Origin: Sphyrna mokarran
Taxonomy: Eukaryota
Direction of reading: 5' to 3'
Assembly: GCA_024679065.1 (NCBI GenBank)
Contig: JAGIQG010000010.1
Span: 58,094,001 to 58,158,000 of the forward strand
DNA length: 64,000 bases
Shown in pieces: positions 62,261 through 64,000 of the stretch. Under the pieces are notes generated by a model. It was given only the letters and a program-made list of their open reading frames with translations. It was not told where the DNA came from and searched no databases. The position numbers were made by a program, and so were the translations under genes. The stretch's first letter is position 1. Each line of letters opens with the position of its first letter.

Positions 62261-64000
62261 TAGTTTTCTGCCTCCTTCTCCCTCTCTTTTATGCCAATTT
62301 GGTTGAATTTTACTGGCAAAATCAGTGCCATGGAATGCCAGGCCCAGTTCATACAGATGCAAACCATGTTGTCTTGAACTAATCCTAAATAAGTGAAATT
62401 ACCCTCAAAAGTTCAGTAGCTGAATCCACCAATGAAATAAAAAGAAAGAACATTTGCTCTGACATCTGGATGCTCTGAACCCCTGGGATCATAAGCTGCT
62501 GGGAACTCGTATACCTGCATCTTGAGACTGAAGTGTCTTCTGGCATAAGCATCTGATCAGGTAGCAAACAAATCAATTAAAAAGGTCATTACAGCTTACA
62601 GTTGGCATAAATAGTACAAGGTTTTACCTTCATTAACAACATTATTAAATTTATAGGGAACTTTTGTATATTGTAGAAACTGTTGCTGTACAACTGAAAA
62701 CAAATGGATGCATGTTTATTCTATTCGAAAGTCAGAAGGTTAATTATGATGAAATTCTTCCAATGCATTTTGAGCATCAAGCTGAAAAGACAATATGAAA
62801 CTGAGTTTTGGCACCATTTTTGATTGTCAAACTTGTAGTTATTTTTTAAATGACTGAAATTATAAACATTTCTAAAAATGAATCATAAAAAGGAATATGT
62901 GATTGACATATCACCAGGTTTAATTTTCAGTTTAATATTTTCTTTCATACTAAATGTAAACCCATCAACTTAAAAAAAACAAGGAAAGGTACCCAACTGC
63001 CCCAGTAAAATTGATAGCTTAAAGAAACACAATATGCAGGGTCATTGTTTATCCTGTGATGGTCACAAATGTGTTAGCCAGTTGCCACTATCTCAGTCAA
63101 TATTGTGGACTAACTTAGTAATCAGTTAAGGACCACAAAACATTATAGGCATCTTTCTCTGTTAGTGACAGACAATTAGTCAGGGTAAGAGGGATTTTTG
63201 GAGGTTTCTTTCTGGTGCCATGTATTGAACTGAACTCAGCTAATACAAAGACTCGCGAAAGACAGTATGCGGTTAAAGATCTTCTTCATTGACCAATGCG
63301 CATTGAGAAAGAGAGAGAGAGAGAGACAGCCAGAAGTATCCACCTTTGCTCTGATGTTAGAGTACATGTGTAAAACAGATACACCTATTTGAAGGTTCAT
63401 TTCTCCCACCCAATCTGTCAGCCAAACTGAGTGATCCAATTACATTAATACACATTATTTACCTTGGCCAACAGCATTTTACCTTCTAGCAGAATTGGGA
63501 ATTTATTGGTCAACCGAAGATGGAATTTCTTCCCCCCCATTGCCCAGCAACCTTACCTATGCAAATCCAGTAGGTTCAAAAATCGCCCTCGTCACCTGCA
63601 AACTGTGGCAACAGAGAAGGAATCGTTACCCTCTGGTCTGCTATTAGTAGAAGATGACTACTTCTACTCATGGCAACTTGAAGCTAAATAGCTCCATTAG
63701 TTTTAAATCGTTGGTAGCTTGCAGCTGTATGGTCTTCTACTGATAATAGAGAATATGTTCTATATCTTATTGTTTCCAAAGAATGTGGCTTGTCTAGTTC
63801 AGCTTATTTCCTATTATGTTTTAGGGCAGGTTGCATCTTAACCAAAACTTACAAGATATTTGAAAATACATTTTAAATCTTCAATATGTTGTACCTATTA
63901 ATTATCAGATAATTTCGACCAGTTTGCTTACTCCAATGTCTTACCTTGGTGTCCTTATTTGTAAAATGAACAAAGGACAAACAAAAGTAAACGTTCAACA

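Noticed and set aside
63230-63340. Possible internal promoter (ccaat, a few CpGs, GA repeat)
   Set aside because: No CpG island, TATA context or downstream exon to support it.

Overview
Vertebrate genomic DNA, almost certainly a cartilaginous fish (shark), judged from HE1-type V-SINEs, HER1/CR1 LINEs, Deu-domain SINEs and Penelope-derived palindromes. The window appears to lie inside teneurin-4 (TENM4, + strand). Only one coding exon was recognised (30715-30924, 210 bp, phase 1-1, intracellular domain), with more than 30 kb of apparent intron on each side. The introns are a mosaic of CR1, L2, RTE and Rex1/Babar LINE fragments, tRNA-derived SINEs, Penelope-like remnants, PIF/Harbinger relics and MITEs, probable solo LTRs and minisatellites. 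The most unusual signals are: (i) two ~97%-identical 170-211 bp inverted copies of nearby sequence pasted into transposons with junction microhomology, plus a 143-bp palindrome and stuttered retrotransposon junctions, suggesting recurrent local templated-insertion repair; (ii) one SINE body carrying two alternative 3' tails, one sharing a covarying stem-loop with the Rex1/Babar LINE in the same window; (iii) hammerhead-ribozyme cores in Penelope-like remnants, one in a TSD-flanked palindrome; (iv) an unexplained 239-codon antisense ORF. Family names come from motif recognition by eye, no database was searched, and most repeat boundaries are approximate (tens of bp).
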